64,000 bases of DNA from Patescibacteria group bacterium. GTDB taxonomy: Bacteria > Patescibacteriota > CPR2 > UBA1875. The stretch is taken from the NCBI GenBank assembly GCA_041737595.1, contig JBGSRK010000010.1:1-64000 (forward strand). Reading direction: 5' to 3'. Positions 38,740 through 49,838 of this stretch are shown here, one piece after another (position 1 is the stretch's first letter; each line of letters begins with the position of its first letter). Both the position numbers and the translations under genes were made by a program. A model generated the notes under the pieces. It saw only the letters and a program-made list of their open reading frames with translations. It was not told the DNA's origin and did not search any database.

Positions 38740-40830
38740 TCATATTTTTTCTGATATTTTCATCTTAGCATCAAGCCCAATTGCACCAACCCCATCATCA
38801 GTTAATATAAGTGGGTTAACTTCAACTGACTCTATTTCTGGGTGTTCAGATATTAATTGGGCTAGACCCATAAGAACATCGATTAATTTTTTTTCATTAT
38901 AAATAGTATTCTTCCTATATCCTTTAATAATTTTTGAAACTGAGGTACTCGCAATAAGATTTTTAAGTTTTTCTCTATCAAAAGGGCCAATAGTGACAGC
39001 AACATCTGAAATAAGCTCAACAAATATACCTCCTGCACCAAATAAAATAACGGGTCCAAAAACTTTATCTCTCTTTGCACCAATAATTAATTCTAAACCT
39101 TCTTTAGCTGTTTCCATCATAGTGATACCTTCTATTTTAGCTTTAGGAAGATGTGTATTAACATTTGAAATAATCTTATTAAAAGATTTTTCAGCCTCTT
39201 CAATTGTTGTAACTCCAAGAACAATACCACCTACATCAGTTTTATGGATAACATCAGGAGATAAAATTTTCATTACAATAGGCTTCGCCAACTTATCAAA
39301 ACTTTTTTTAATTTCTGATTTATTTTTAACTACCAGATTTTCTGAGATAGGTACATCATACAAATTTAAAAGACTAATTATTCTAGTTTGACTAATATTT
39401 TTATTAGAAAAATTAATTAATGATTTTGCAATTTTATGTTTTGGATGCTGAATTATTCTTTTAATTTCAACTAACTTTGTTTTTTTAAATTTAGATTGGA
39501 AAGAAAAAGCACGGATAGCTCTTTCAGGATATGAAAAAACAGAAATATTATTTTCTGAACATATCTCCTTGGCTCTCTTTATTAATTCTCCACCAATAAA
39601 ATTAACAAATATTGGTTTTTTTGTTTGCTGTTTTAACCTTGCGATTTTCCAAGCAATTTCTTCAATTTCTGTCATAGCTTGAGGTGTCGCGATTATTAAT
39701 AACCCATCAACTCCTTTATCTTTTTCGCATAAACTAATAGCTAGTGAAAAATCATCACTTGTTGCATCCCCCCTCAGATCTATTGGGTTTGCAACAGATG
39801 CTGCATTTGTTTTAGAAATTAAATTATGGGTAGTAAAACTTGAAAGTTTTGCAAGTTCAACTCCTTCTTCAGAACAAGCATCAGCCGCAAGAACGGAAGG
39901 GCCCCCTGCATTAGATATTACCGCCAAGCGATTCCCCTTAGGAAATGGATTTTGGGAAAAAGAAACCGCAAGCTCGAATAAATCACTTAGATTTTTAGCC
40001 ATAATAACACCTGATTCTTTTAGCGCTGCTTCAAAAACTTTCTCATCTTGAGCAAGTGCCGCTGTGTGTAAACTGGCGGCCATATTTCCATCATGGGTCA
40101 TACCACCCTTTAAAATAATAAGTGGTTTTTTTGAAGTAAATTTTTTAGCTGCGTCTATAAACCCCGGACCATCTTTAATATCTTCTAAATAACCAATCGC
40201 AAGTTCAACATTGTCATCGTCTTCCCAATCTGTAATAAGATCTTTTTCTGATATATCTGATTTATTACCCAAACTAACAAAATATGAAAAACCAAAATCT
40301 TCTCCATTAGCAAAATCAAGCATAGCAGCCCCCATTGCCCCACTTTGAGAAAAAATACCTACTCGATATTTTGCAGGAAGTTTTGCTGTCGCAAATGAAG
40401 CATTAAAATTATCAAAGTTATTTATAACCCCTAAACAATTAGGGCCAAGAACTCTTATCCCATAACTCTTTGCAATTTTAATAATTTCTTTTTCTTTTTC
40501 TAACCCTTCATTGCCTGATTCTGAAAAACCAGAAGTAATAATTATTACCGTAGGTATTTTCTTTTTACCACATGATTCAAGCACCTTAATAACTAATTTA
40601 TCTGGAACAGAAATAATAGCAAGATCAATATTATCTTTTACATCTAGCACCGATGAATACATTTTACTTCCTAAAATAGTTTCTGCATTTGGGTTTATAC
40701 CATAAACTTTTTTATCTTTTACGTTTTTTAAATTATCAAAAAGAATATAACCAATTTTACCTGGTTCTCGTGAAACCCCTATAACCGCAATTTTTTTAGG
40801 ATTTAATAAATTTTTCAAAAGACCCTCCAA
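38740..40830 (-). CDS. ADP-forming acetate--CoA ligase (fused alpha/beta)
   Basis: IAVIGVS, GPNCLG, SQSG, SLGNK, NAGG, NPIDL, HKTDVGG and EVNPL motifs. Confidence 0.93.
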   Translation of the reverse strand: MEGLLKNLLNPKKIAVIGVSREPGKIGYILFDNLKNVKDKKVYGINPNAETILGSKMYSSVLDVKDNIDLAIISVPDKLVIKVLESCGKKKIPTVIIITSGFSESGNEGLEKEKEIIKIAKSYGIRVLGPNCLGVINNFDNFNASFATAKLPAKYRVGIFSQSGAMGAAMLDFANGEDFGFSYFVSLGNKSDISEKDLITDWEDDDNVELAIGYLEDIKDGPGFIDAAKKFTSKKPLIILKGGMTHDGNMAASLHTAALAQDEKVFEAALKESGVIMAKNLSDLFELAVSFSQNPFPKGNRLAVISNAGGPSVLAADACSEEGVELAKLSSFTTHNLISKTNAASVANPIDLRGDATSDDFSLAISLCEKDKGVDGLLIIATPQAMTEIEEIAWKIARLKQQTKKPIFVNFIGGELIKRAKEICSENNISVFSYPERAIRAFSFQSKFKKTKLVEIKRIIQHPKHKIAKSLINFSNKNISQTRIISLLNLYDVPISENLVVKNKSEIKKSFDKLAKPIVMKILSPDVIHKTDVGGIVLGVTTIEEAEKSFNKIISNVNTHLPKAKIEGITMMETAKEGLELIIGAKRDKVFGPVILFGAGGIFVELISDVAVTIGPFDREKLKNLIASTSVSKIIKGYRKNTIYNEKKLIDVLMGLAQLISEHPEIESVEVNPLILTDDGVGAIGLDAKMKISEKI

Positions 40831-40835
40831 ATTAT

Positions 40836-41669
40836 TTAAGACAATATTATTGATCCAACTATTTTTGTAAGTTCATCTGCATAGCCACCGGTTTCTTCGA
40901 AGATAAATACTGTTGCCCCTTTTAATACTACAAAAGTAGTCATTTGAACCCCTGATGAGGCATTATATGTAAATTTTTTACCTGCTATACCTGATACTGT
41001 TATATTTTCAACAACAACATTTGATTGTTTTGATAAATCAGCCTCTACAATCTCTTGTGACTTCTTAGTCGTTCGGATAATTACTAATGGTAATTGTGAA
41101 GGATCAAGTGATGGTGATAACTGTGTTCCAAGTCCAACATAACTTTCAGATTCAGTCGCAGGGTTTGACCCATAATCTTGTACAACCCAACTTACGGGGT
41201 ATCTTAATGAATAACCAATATTTTTATTTTGATAAGTCTTCCAATCCTTAATTGGGTCTTCTGCTGGCGGTTGTGTAGTTGTATAACTTTTACTAATCCA
41301 ACCTGTTTTTTCTTGATAAGTAACTTTGTACCAATCTCCCTGAGTTTCTTCAGCTGTTAATTGTGTCCCATTAGGAATTATTAACAAAGAACGAGATTTA
41401 GGTTCCGGTTTTTCTCTCATAAAGAGTCCTCCATCGGCCGTTACCCATAAACTAAGTTTTTGAACAAGAGGACGATCCCCTGTTTCATATTTTACTTCTG
41501 TTTTTTTATTATTTTGAGGGATAACATGAGGGGTAAGCAAAACAACACCAAAAACTAATATAATTATTGAAAAAATTACAATTGAATAAATTACCCACTT
41601 ATTCATTTTTTTGAATTTTGGAATTTTTAGTGTCTTTTTTCTTGGATTTAAATTTTTTGCTAAAGCCAT
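40836..41669 (-). CDS. membrane-anchored SH3b domain protein
   Basis: One TM, GLFMREKP...WYKV...GWIS (SH3b), then WKTYQN..GYSLRYP..W domain. Confidence 0.82.
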   Translation of the reverse strand: MALAKNLNPRKKTLKIPKFKKMNKWVIYSIVIFSIIILVFGVVLLTPHVIPQNNKKTEVKYETGDRPLVQKLSLWVTADGGLFMREKPEPKSRSLLIIPNGTQLTAEETQGDWYKVTYQEKTGWISKSYTTTQPPAEDPIKDWKTYQNKNIGYSLRYPVSWVVQDYGSNPATESESYVGLGTQLSPSLDPSQLPLVIIRTTKKSQEIVEADLSKQSNVVVENITVSGIAGKKFTYNASSGVQMTTFVVLKGATVFIFEETGGYADELTKIVGSIILS

Positions 41670-42622
41670 TTTGAACTTCTGATATTATTATATGTCAAAA
41701 GTCCAGAAGTAGCACCCATTTTAGACACAACAGATGCAGCGTTAATAGAAGATATCTTTAAACAATATGAAATATCATAGTTATTTATTACACCAAAAAC
41801 AAACGTAGAACCAAATGAATCTCCAGCGCCAGTTGTGTCTATAACATTTTTAGAAAAAGCATTAGTATGAAATGTCTTACCACCCGAAATCGCATGTGAA
41901 CCTTCTCCATCTTCTGTAATTACCGAAATTTTAGCCCCCATTTTTTCAATTTCTGTAAGTAAACTTTTTTCATTTTTGGGGATTTTTTTATTTTTAGTAA
42001 AAACTAGTTGTTCAGCTTCTTGATAATTTAATATAATAATTTCTGCTTCAGATATCATCTCCTTAAGATAATGATATCCTTCCGAAAGTTGTTCAGAGCC
42101 TGGGTTAAAAGCAATTTTAATTTTATGTTTTTTTGCAAAAACAAAAAAATCAGGCAACAATTTAGCAGAAGAACCTGTTAAAGAACTAATATAAAACCAT
42201 TTAGTATTTTTAAATGGTCTCCATCTTTCGATCATAAGATGATTATTTGCTCCTCTTTCTAAAAATCCTGTATGCTCATTATCTTCCCCTAATATAAAAA
42301 TGGAAAGACCAGTATGTAATGATTTATCTTTTCTAATAAATTTAGTTGAAACACCATATTTTTTTAATTGTTCAATCGCAAGGCTACCAGTGCCTTCTGA
42401 ACCAATATTGCATACAGAAGCTGATTTAAGACCAAGTTTTGAAAAATTGATTGCGGTATTAAAAGCTCCACCTCCATAAGAATAAAAAGAAGATTCAGAA
42501 ACTAATTTTTCTCCATATGGTATTATTAAAGATTTTTTTTCGCCCAACTTTTCAACTTTTATTTTATTGTATTCAAAAAAAATATCTCTGGTTAAACCAC
42601 CTATGGAAATTACATCAAACAT
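41660..42622 (-). CDS. PfkB family carbohydrate kinase
   Basis: GGGAFNTA, N..EA and DTTGAGDSF motifs. Confidence 0.92.
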   Translation of the reverse strand: MFDVISIGGLTRDIFFEYNKIKVEKLGEKKSLIIPYGEKLVSESSFYSYGGGAFNTAINFSKLGLKSASVCNIGSEGTGSLAIEQLKKYGVSTKFIRKDKSLHTGLSIFILGEDNEHTGFLERGANNHLMIERWRPFKNTKWFYISSLTGSSAKLLPDFFVFAKKHKIKIAFNPGSEQLSEGYHYLKEMISEAEIIILNYQEAEQLVFTKNKKIPKNEKSLLTEIEKMGAKISVITEDGEGSHAISGGKTFHTNAFSKNVIDTTGAGDSFGSTFVFGVINNYDISYCLKISSINAASVVSKMGATSGLLTYNNIRSSKWL

Positions 42623-43853
42623 TTTTTGACTCCTCTCTTAATAATCCCATTATATCAGCTCCGCGAATATGGCCCAGCCCACCATTTAAACAACTTTTTT
42701 CATTGAATTTTAAACATTTATCATTGTGACCACCAAAAATCATAATTGGTACTGGGTCGTCGCTATGATCTTTTAAAATACAGGGTGTCGCATGATCGCC
42801 CGTAATACATAAAACTCCTTTATAATCTAAAAGTAATTTAAAATATTTATCTGCTTTTTCTAGAAAAGCTATTTTTTTTAGAAAATCTCCCTCTTCTTCA
42901 GATATTAAATCTGTTGCTTTAATGTGCATAAAAACAAAATCGTAGCCATGTTTTAACAATTCAAGTGATTTGGTTATTTTAGCTTTAACATCGGTTTTTT
43001 CATCACCCGTTGCACCTTTTACATTGATTACATCCATTCCCATATATTTTGCTATTCCTTTATAAAGATGGCCTCCAGCTACACAAGCAGCATTAAGATT
43101 ATATTTTTCATAAAATGATGGTATTTCGCCAATGAACCCTGCCCCACGTGTTAATAAAAAATTTGCTGGGAGTATACCACTTAAAACTCTTGCTTCATTT
43201 TCTGAAGCCATATCTAACTCTTGGTGTGTCTTAATTTGATATTCCCAAAGTGCATCTGCTGTCATTTTTGCTTCAATTGAATTATCAATAGGTTCTGGTC
43301 TAATAACTTTATTACCTCCTATATGATTTTTTGCCTTATGAGGATCTGTGTCCATAACAATTGTTGAGTGATGGTGGACTTCTTTAGAAACTGCGGGCCC
43401 TTTTATCACAAGTGTTGCTCGATGTAAGAGTCCAGCGGTTAAATAAAAATCAAATGTATTAATTTTTTTATGATGAATTAAATCAGTTAATGATCTTACA
43501 TCTTTTATATTCCCAGCCCGAGGGTCCAATACTACTAAATTTTCATCCACAGACCCAAAATTTACTCTTAAAGCAAGATCATTTTTACTAAGGTTAATAC
43601 TTATACCAAGGGCTTCGAGTACCCCTCTCCCAGGCAAATACTTTTTATAATCATATCCAAGAATTTCAAAATGAGAATCATCACTTGAAGGATATTCTCC
43701 TTTGGGATGAGCATTTTGGAGACCACACATACTCATTGAAGCAAGTCTATTTAGATTAGGGATTTTTGCCATTTCAAGAGGTGTTTTCCCCCCAAGATCT
43801 GCTATAGGTAAATCTGCTAAACCGTCAAAAATTATAAGTAATATTTTTCTCAA
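42615..43853 (-). CDS. apgM: archaeal-type cofactor-independent phosphoglycerate mutase
   Basis: DGLAD, KTPLE, PGRGVLEALG, HIKATD, GDHATP and HSDDPVP motifs. Confidence 0.9.
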   Translation of the reverse strand: MRKILLIIFDGLADLPIADLGGKTPLEMAKIPNLNRLASMSMCGLQNAHPKGEYPSSDDSHFEILGYDYKKYLPGRGVLEALGISINLSKNDLALRVNFGSVDENLVVLDPRAGNIKDVRSLTDLIHHKKINTFDFYLTAGLLHRATLVIKGPAVSKEVHHHSTIVMDTDPHKAKNHIGGNKVIRPEPIDNSIEAKMTADALWEYQIKTHQELDMASENEARVLSGILPANFLLTRGAGFIGEIPSFYEKYNLNAACVAGGHLYKGIAKYMGMDVINVKGATGDEKTDVKAKITKSLELLKHGYDFVFMHIKATDLISEEEGDFLKKIAFLEKADKYFKLLLDYKGVLCITGDHATPCILKDHSDDPVPIMIFGGHNDKCLKFNEKSCLNGGLGHIRGADIMGLLREESKNV

Positions 43854-45113
43854 CTAATCCTCCGGACTATTTAACAGCTCCTCGATTCTAATAAGTCGGT
43901 TATATTTTGCTAATCTTTCAGAACGAGCTGGAGCACCAGATTTAATAAAATCAGCTCTACAAGCTACAGAAAAATCAGCAATGAAAGAATCTTCTGTTTC
44001 TCCAGAACGGTGTGAAACAATTACTTTCATTTTTTCTTTTTTAGCTTTTTTAACAGCCATAAAAGCTTCTGATACTGTCCCAATTTGATTTAATTTAATT
44101 ATTGTACCATTTGCTAAATTATTATTTGCTCCTATTCCAATTCTATTTTCATCAGTAACAAAAAGATCATCTCCGATTGATAAAGTAGGAGAAATTTTCA
44201 AGGTTAATTTTGCCCAATTTTTGTCATTTTCATTTAACCCATCTTCAATCGAAAACAATTTATATTTTTTCGACCATCGAGATAATAAATTTATTAGTTC
44301 CAAACTGGTTATATGTTTTTCATCAGCTGCTAAATAATAAATATCATGGCCAGCTTGATAAAATGAATTAGCAGCAACATCTAATGAAATTCTGACTTTT
44401 CCCTTTGAATAACCAGATTTTTCTATTGCTTCTTCAATATTTTTTAAAATATCTTCATTATTCAAAAAATTAGGAGCAAAACCCCCCTCATCTCCGACGG
44501 AAGTATCATACCCAGAGTTAATTAACATATTTTTTAAATAATGATATATTTCTGAACCGGCTCTTAACTTATCTCTAAAATAATTAAAACCAATGGGGAC
44601 AATCATAGTTTCTTGAATATCAATATTATTTGAGGAATGTTCACCGCCATTTAGAATATTAAACATTGGAGTGGGTATATTAAATTTTTTAATTTCTTTT
44701 CCTGAAAAATTAAAACTTAAATATTCAAAAAGTTCTTTTGATTCAGCAATTGCCATTGCTCTTGCAAATGACATTGAAACTGCAAGTATTGCATTAGCTC
44801 CAAGAAATGATTTTTTAGGGGTACCATCTAAATTACATAAAAATTTATCTAAAGAAATTTGATCATCAAAATTTTTTCCGACTAAATTCTTTCTAATAGT
44901 TGTATTTACCCTTTCCACTGCAGTAAGTACTCCCATCCCCATATATCTTTTCCCACCATCACGTAATTCTTTCGCTTCCTGCGCCCCGGTTGATGCCCCA
45001 GACGGAACACTGGCTTGTCCAAGCGCGCCATTTTCGAGCTCACAAACAGCGGAAACCGTTGGGTTTCCGCGCGAATCCAATATTTCAGAAGCGGTAATTG
45101 ATATAATTTTCAA
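43854..45113 (-). CDS. eno: enolase
   Basis: DSRGNPT, PSGASTG, GDEGG, GDDLFVT and SHRSGET motifs. Confidence 0.97.
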   Translation of the reverse strand: MKIISITASEILDSRGNPTVSAVCELENGALGQASVPSGASTGAQEAKELRDGGKRYMGMGVLTAVERVNTTIRKNLVGKNFDDQISLDKFLCNLDGTPKKSFLGANAILAVSMSFARAMAIAESKELFEYLSFNFSGKEIKKFNIPTPMFNILNGGEHSSNNIDIQETMIVPIGFNYFRDKLRAGSEIYHYLKNMLINSGYDTSVGDEGGFAPNFLNNEDILKNIEEAIEKSGYSKGKVRISLDVAANSFYQAGHDIYYLAADEKHITSLELINLLSRWSKKYKLFSIEDGLNENDKNWAKLTLKISPTLSIGDDLFVTDENRIGIGANNNLANGTIIKLNQIGTVSEAFMAVKKAKKEKMKVIVSHRSGETEDSFIADFSVACRADFIKSGAPARSERLAKYNRLIRIEELLNSPED

Positions 45114-47327
45114 TTAGCCCTTACCTCCGTATTTATCTGAAGCTTTTATTATTGTGGTTTCAATAGGTTTTACTTCTGTATCTTTTTGTACAATAGATTG
45201 AGTGATATTTTCAGCTACTGGTTCTATAATTTTTACTGCAACAGGTTTCTTAATTTCTAATTCATCTTTGTAGTCATAACTAGCGGTTGAAGTAATATTG
45301 ATTGAACCGTTAAAGTCATCTGTTTCTACTTCAACACTTCCTTTGACTGTAACTTTGTATATTTTACCATCTTTATTCAACCAAGCCAGAATCTCTAATG
45401 AATCAAGATTTATTGAGTTATAAACTGTTTCTGCTAATAATGGGTTAGATTGCGCAATAATTGATTCTATAAATTCTACTTTAGGAACAATTTTAAATTT
45501 ATCGTAAGTAGTACCTTTCACCTCTTCTTGCCCCAAGTTTTCAAAACTTTCTACTTGAGCCATATAAAATAATTTACCCCTGCTTTCAGCTCCATAAAAT
45601 GATGGGACAGAGTTAATAAGAAAACCATCATTTCTATCCCAAGAATCAGTTGTTTGATTATAAGAAAAACTAGCGTCATCTTCTGAAACATAAATTTTTT
45701 TGTCTGGAATCGAGTTAACCGTTGATAATAACTCTGTATTACCAGTTGAATTAACTTTCCAGACACCTTTATTTGTTGATGGAGTTTTAATTAGATTTTG
45801 ATATGCTTCTGCACTTGTTTTTTCTGGATCACTTGTTTCTAATAAATTTATATCTTTAAAATCTAGTGTTTGTTCAAAAGTAACTATTGCATTAATTTCA
45901 CCTTCCATGGCATTTTGAACATTCGTCGAAAGTTCTTGATCAATAATACTTTGGTTCTGTTCAGCAGGTTGTTCTTTTGAAGAATTGATTACTGCAAAAA
46001 TTATACCGATTAATAATATAAGACCCAAGATAGCTCCACCAATAATTAATAGCATCTTTTTATTAGCCAAAAGGTTAAATTTTTGTGCCACAGGTTGAGG
46101 GGTTTGATTTACTGTTTGAGGGGCTTCATTAGATGAACCAAAAACACTTTCATAGCTTGGAACTTGACCAGGTTGTTTTTCATTTTGTTGAAGATTTGGT
46201 GTAGCACTTTGGACTGTATCAAATGAACCAATTGGTGGTTGGGTTGGTTGTGGAGTTATACCTGGTGTAATTGGTGTTGAATATGCATCTAATAAATTAT
46301 CAAGTTGATTTGAAGCACTATTTTCGGCTGGCATTTGAATGTTTTGAGTAGGAGGTTCTATGGTTGGTGCTATATTTGAAGTCGGTTCGACCATTGGGTT
46401 AGCTTCTGCAGGACTAATCATAGGTTCTCCTGCGCCTATACCTGAAGGTGTAGACATGGTATCAAAATTTGGGTCAACTCCTGACATATTTGTAGGTTGA
46501 TTATTGGGGGTTATATTCATTGATTGTGGTTGAAAATAATTTTCTGGAGTTGGCTGAATTGGAGTTTGAACAGTTTGTGGAACATCTTGAACCATATCTG
46601 GCTTAATAGAAGATTCTGTTGGGTTAATTGCTACTGGTGATTCTTCGTTTATTGTTTGTACATCTGTCTGAATATTATTAGCAATTGGTTGTTGGGTTTG
46701 AGAATTATCGTTAGATGGTTCTGTTGTTTGGTCATTTGTTATTTGTTGAGGTTGAGACTCATTTATTTGAGATTGGTTAATTTGAGGTGTAATTTCCTCT
46801 GAATGTTCTGAATTTTGTTTTTCTTCTACAACTTGCGCAGAATTAATTCCATCGTTTGGGATTACATCTAAATTAGGGGTATTCTCTTTAGGATTACTCC
46901 CTACTGATGATGGAAAATCTGGGATTGGTATTTTGGGACTATTATCCTGTTCTACTGGTGTATTAAAGGATGGAGTATCAGAAGCCTGTTCAATCTCTTT
47001 TTGTATTTCATCTCTAACAGGAGTTTTTATATCTGATTCGTTTGGTTGGTCAGCAGAAATATAATTTTCTTGCAAGCTAGTATCATTTTGGGGGACAACC
47101 GGCGCAATAGGCTCTGTTTGAATTATTGGTTGTGATTGATCTGGCTCTACTTGTGCTGTATCAAATTGTGGTGCATGATTTTCAATATTTATAGAGGGAG
47201 GAACAGTTGGCTGTTCTGTTTGATTATCGGTATTAGTTTGGTCAGCAGAAATTTCAATACCACAATCAAGACAAACGTATTTACCGTTAACATTTATAGC
47301 TTCTTTGTGGCAATTAGGACACTGCAA
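45114..47327 (-). CDS. zinc-ribbon / low-complexity / TM / extracellular-domain protein
   Basis: CPNC..CLDC N-terminus, ~400 aa P/Q/N/T-rich region, one TM, beta-rich C-terminal domain; AGGGGGG SD before TTG. Confidence 0.8.
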   Translation of the reverse strand: MQCPNCHKEAINVNGKYVCLDCGIEISADQTNTDNQTEQPTVPPSINIENHAPQFDTAQVEPDQSQPIIQTEPIAPVVPQNDTSLQENYISADQPNESDIKTPVRDEIQKEIEQASDTPSFNTPVEQDNSPKIPIPDFPSSVGSNPKENTPNLDVIPNDGINSAQVVEEKQNSEHSEEITPQINQSQINESQPQQITNDQTTEPSNDNSQTQQPIANNIQTDVQTINEESPVAINPTESSIKPDMVQDVPQTVQTPIQPTPENYFQPQSMNITPNNQPTNMSGVDPNFDTMSTPSGIGAGEPMISPAEANPMVEPTSNIAPTIEPPTQNIQMPAENSASNQLDNLLDAYSTPITPGITPQPTQPPIGSFDTVQSATPNLQQNEKQPGQVPSYESVFGSSNEAPQTVNQTPQPVAQKFNLLANKKMLLIIGGAILGLILLIGIIFAVINSSKEQPAEQNQSIIDQELSTNVQNAMEGEINAIVTFEQTLDFKDINLLETSDPEKTSAEAYQNLIKTPSTNKGVWKVNSTGNTELLSTVNSIPDKKIYVSEDDASFSYNQTTDSWDRNDGFLINSVPSFYGAESRGKLFYMAQVESFENLGQEEVKGTTYDKFKIVPKVEFIESIIAQSNPLLAETVYNSINLDSLEILAWLNKDGKIYKVTVKGSVEVETDDFNGSINITSTASYDYKDELEIKKPVAVKIIEPVAENITQSIVQKDTEVKPIETTIIKASDKYGGKG

Positions 47328-47381
47328 GTGACCCCCCTTGTTTACATATTAATTATTATATCTTTAACTGAATTTGGCAAG

Positions 47382-49763
47382 TTATTCTTTAATTTTGCTT
47401 TTCAATTCTTCTATCTCTTTTTGAACATTTGCAAGTTCAGACATTATAAGTCTTTCTTCAACTTCAGCAATTAATTTTCTAGTATTAGAAAGAGCATCTG
47501 GCATCACTGAAATTGATGTTGCCCCCCATTCTACTAATTTTTGGGTAATTTCTGGATAAACACTTGGTGCCTGACCACAAATTGAACAGGTTATGCCTGC
47601 TTCTTTACAACCTCTTACAGTTCTTTCAAGCATCCATAACACTGCTGGATTCCTTTCATCAAATTCTTCTGCCACAACAGAGGAATCACGATCAAGCCCT
47701 AATGTAAGTTGGGTAAGGTCATTTGAACCAATTGAAACACCATCTATGCCTTCACGAGCAAATTCATCAATTAATATAACAGCAGAAGGGACTTCAACCA
47801 TAATCCATAGTTTAAATGAAGAATCTGTCTCTTTAGAAAGCCCAGCCTCTGCCATTATTTTCTTAACGCCACGAAATTCATCAATTGTTCTTACAAAAGG
47901 AACCATTACATGTAAATTATTGTATTGCTCACGAACTTTTTTAATTGCTTCGATTTCTAAATTAAATACTTCAGGATCTTTATGATATCTAAAACAACCA
48001 CGATACCCGATCATAGGGTTCTCTTCTTCTGGTTCAAACTTTTCACCACCAGAAAGATTTCTATATTCATTTGTTTTAAAATCAGTAAATCTATAAACAA
48101 CTGGTCGAGGATAAAAACTTTGAGCAAATTTCATTAAACCCGTGGTTAATTTGTCGGTAAATTCTTTACCTCTTCCTTCAGCTATCATTTTTTTAGGATG
48201 TTCTTTAATATCTTCTGCAATTATAAATTCAGCTCGAAGAAGTCCTACACCGTCAACATCTTTTGCTGCCATTTTTTCAGCCATTTCTGGTTCGGCAGAA
48301 ATTACATAAAGTTTTGTTGCGGTAATTATTTTAGATTCTTGTTGGGTTACTTGAACTTCTGGGTCTATTTTTTCTTTTTGAGGAGTAACATTACCTTTAT
48401 AAACATTCCCACTATGACCATCTACAGTAATAGTACCTATATTCAAAAGATCTTTTGTCGCAGTGTCTGTACCAACCACACAAGGAATGCCTAATTCTCG
48501 AGAAACAATTGCAGCATGACAAGTTCGTCCCCCCTTATCTGTTACTATTGCAACGGCTCTTTTCATTGCTGGTACAAAATCTGGAGTTGTCATTTCAGTT
48601 ACAAGAATATCTCCCTCTTTTATCTTATCCATTTCTTTTGGAGAATGAATAACAACAACATTTCCAGAAGCTATACCAACTGAAGCGCCTGCACCACTAA
48701 GAATTACTTCTGCTGTTGTAATATCTCCATCTCTCGGCTCATCTCCAGTATCTTTTTGAGGGTCTTTATTATCTAATGTTGTAACAGGTCGAGATTGAAC
48801 CATATATACTCTTCCACCTTCTATCGCCCATTCTGTATCTTGGGGCTTACCATAATGTTTTTCTATCGCAAGTGCTAAATCAAATAATTTAAAAATTAAT
48901 TTATCATCAATTTTTTGAGAATTTTGTTTATTTATTGGAACATCAACCCCCGATTTTGAAAGATCATCTAAATTATCTGTATCAGAAGAACCTGATTCAC
49001 GTGTAAGCATCCATGTTTGTTTTGTAATTTCTTTTTCTGATATTTCTCTAGTTTTTTTATCAATTAAATATCTATCTGGAGTTACTGCTCCAAGAACTAC
49101 TACTTCTCCAAGACCATAGGCAGCTTCAATTGAAACATGGTTTAAATCATTATTTGTCGGATCAATAGTAAACATTACGCCTGCTGTGTCAGAATTAACC
49201 ATTTTTTGGACAGGGACTGCTATCCCAACAGAAAGTTGGTCAAATCCATTATCATTTCGATAATAAATAGCACGAGCTTCAAACAATGAGGCCCAACATT
49301 TTAAAACAGCAACACAAACTTCGTTATCACCTATTACATTTAAATAGGTTGCTTGTTGACCTGCAAAAGAAGCGTCTGCTAAATCTTCGGCCGTTGCAGA
49401 TGATCGCACTGCTACATAAAGTTTTTCAGTATTAGTATCTTTAGCTAATTTTTTATATGCTTCAACTATTCCTTTATGTAAAAAATCCGGGAGCGGAGTA
49501 TCCACAATTAATTTTTGAGCTTTTTCAGCTCTGTCTTGAAGGTCTTTATTATTTTCAAAATCAAGCCCGTCTAATAATTTTTTAAGTTTTTCGTCCAGGC
49601 CAGTTTTTTTAATATAATCGAAATATGCTTCTGATGTAATAATATATCCCGGCGGGACAGGGAAACCTGCTCTGGTGAGTTCACCAAGATTAGCGCCTTT
49701 CCCACCAACTAATTGACCATCATCTTTCCCTACTTCTGAAAACCATACTATATTTTTAGACAA
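47382..49763 (-). CDS. ppsA: phosphoenolpyruvate synthase
   Basis: VGGKGANLGE, AVRSSATAED, TCHAAIVSRE and SIGSNDLTQ motifs. Confidence 0.97.
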   Translation of the reverse strand: MSKNIVWFSEVGKDDGQLVGGKGANLGELTRAGFPVPPGYIITSEAYFDYIKKTGLDEKLKKLLDGLDFENNKDLQDRAEKAQKLIVDTPLPDFLHKGIVEAYKKLAKDTNTEKLYVAVRSSATAEDLADASFAGQQATYLNVIGDNEVCVAVLKCWASLFEARAIYYRNDNGFDQLSVGIAVPVQKMVNSDTAGVMFTIDPTNNDLNHVSIEAAYGLGEVVVLGAVTPDRYLIDKKTREISEKEITKQTWMLTRESGSSDTDNLDDLSKSGVDVPINKQNSQKIDDKLIFKLFDLALAIEKHYGKPQDTEWAIEGGRVYMVQSRPVTTLDNKDPQKDTGDEPRDGDITTAEVILSGAGASVGIASGNVVVIHSPKEMDKIKEGDILVTEMTTPDFVPAMKRAVAIVTDKGGRTCHAAIVSRELGIPCVVGTDTATKDLLNIGTITVDGHSGNVYKGNVTPQKEKIDPEVQVTQQESKIITATKLYVISAEPEMAEKMAAKDVDGVGLLRAEFIIAEDIKEHPKKMIAEGRGKEFTDKLTTGLMKFAQSFYPRPVVYRFTDFKTNEYRNLSGGEKFEPEEENPMIGYRGCFRYHKDPEVFNLEIEAIKKVREQYNNLHVMVPFVRTIDEFRGVKKIMAEAGLSKETDSSFKLWIMVEVPSAVILIDEFAREGIDGVSIGSNDLTQLTLGLDRDSSVVAEEFDERNPAVLWMLERTVRGCKEAGITCSICGQAPSVYPEITQKLVEWGATSISVMPDALSNTRKLIAEVEERLIMSELANVQKEIEELKSKIKE

Positions 49764-49838
49764 GAATAACCCTCCGTTATTTATTTAATTTTGACATACT
49801 ATTAAGCTTATTTCAATCTTGTTTTAATAAACAATTTG

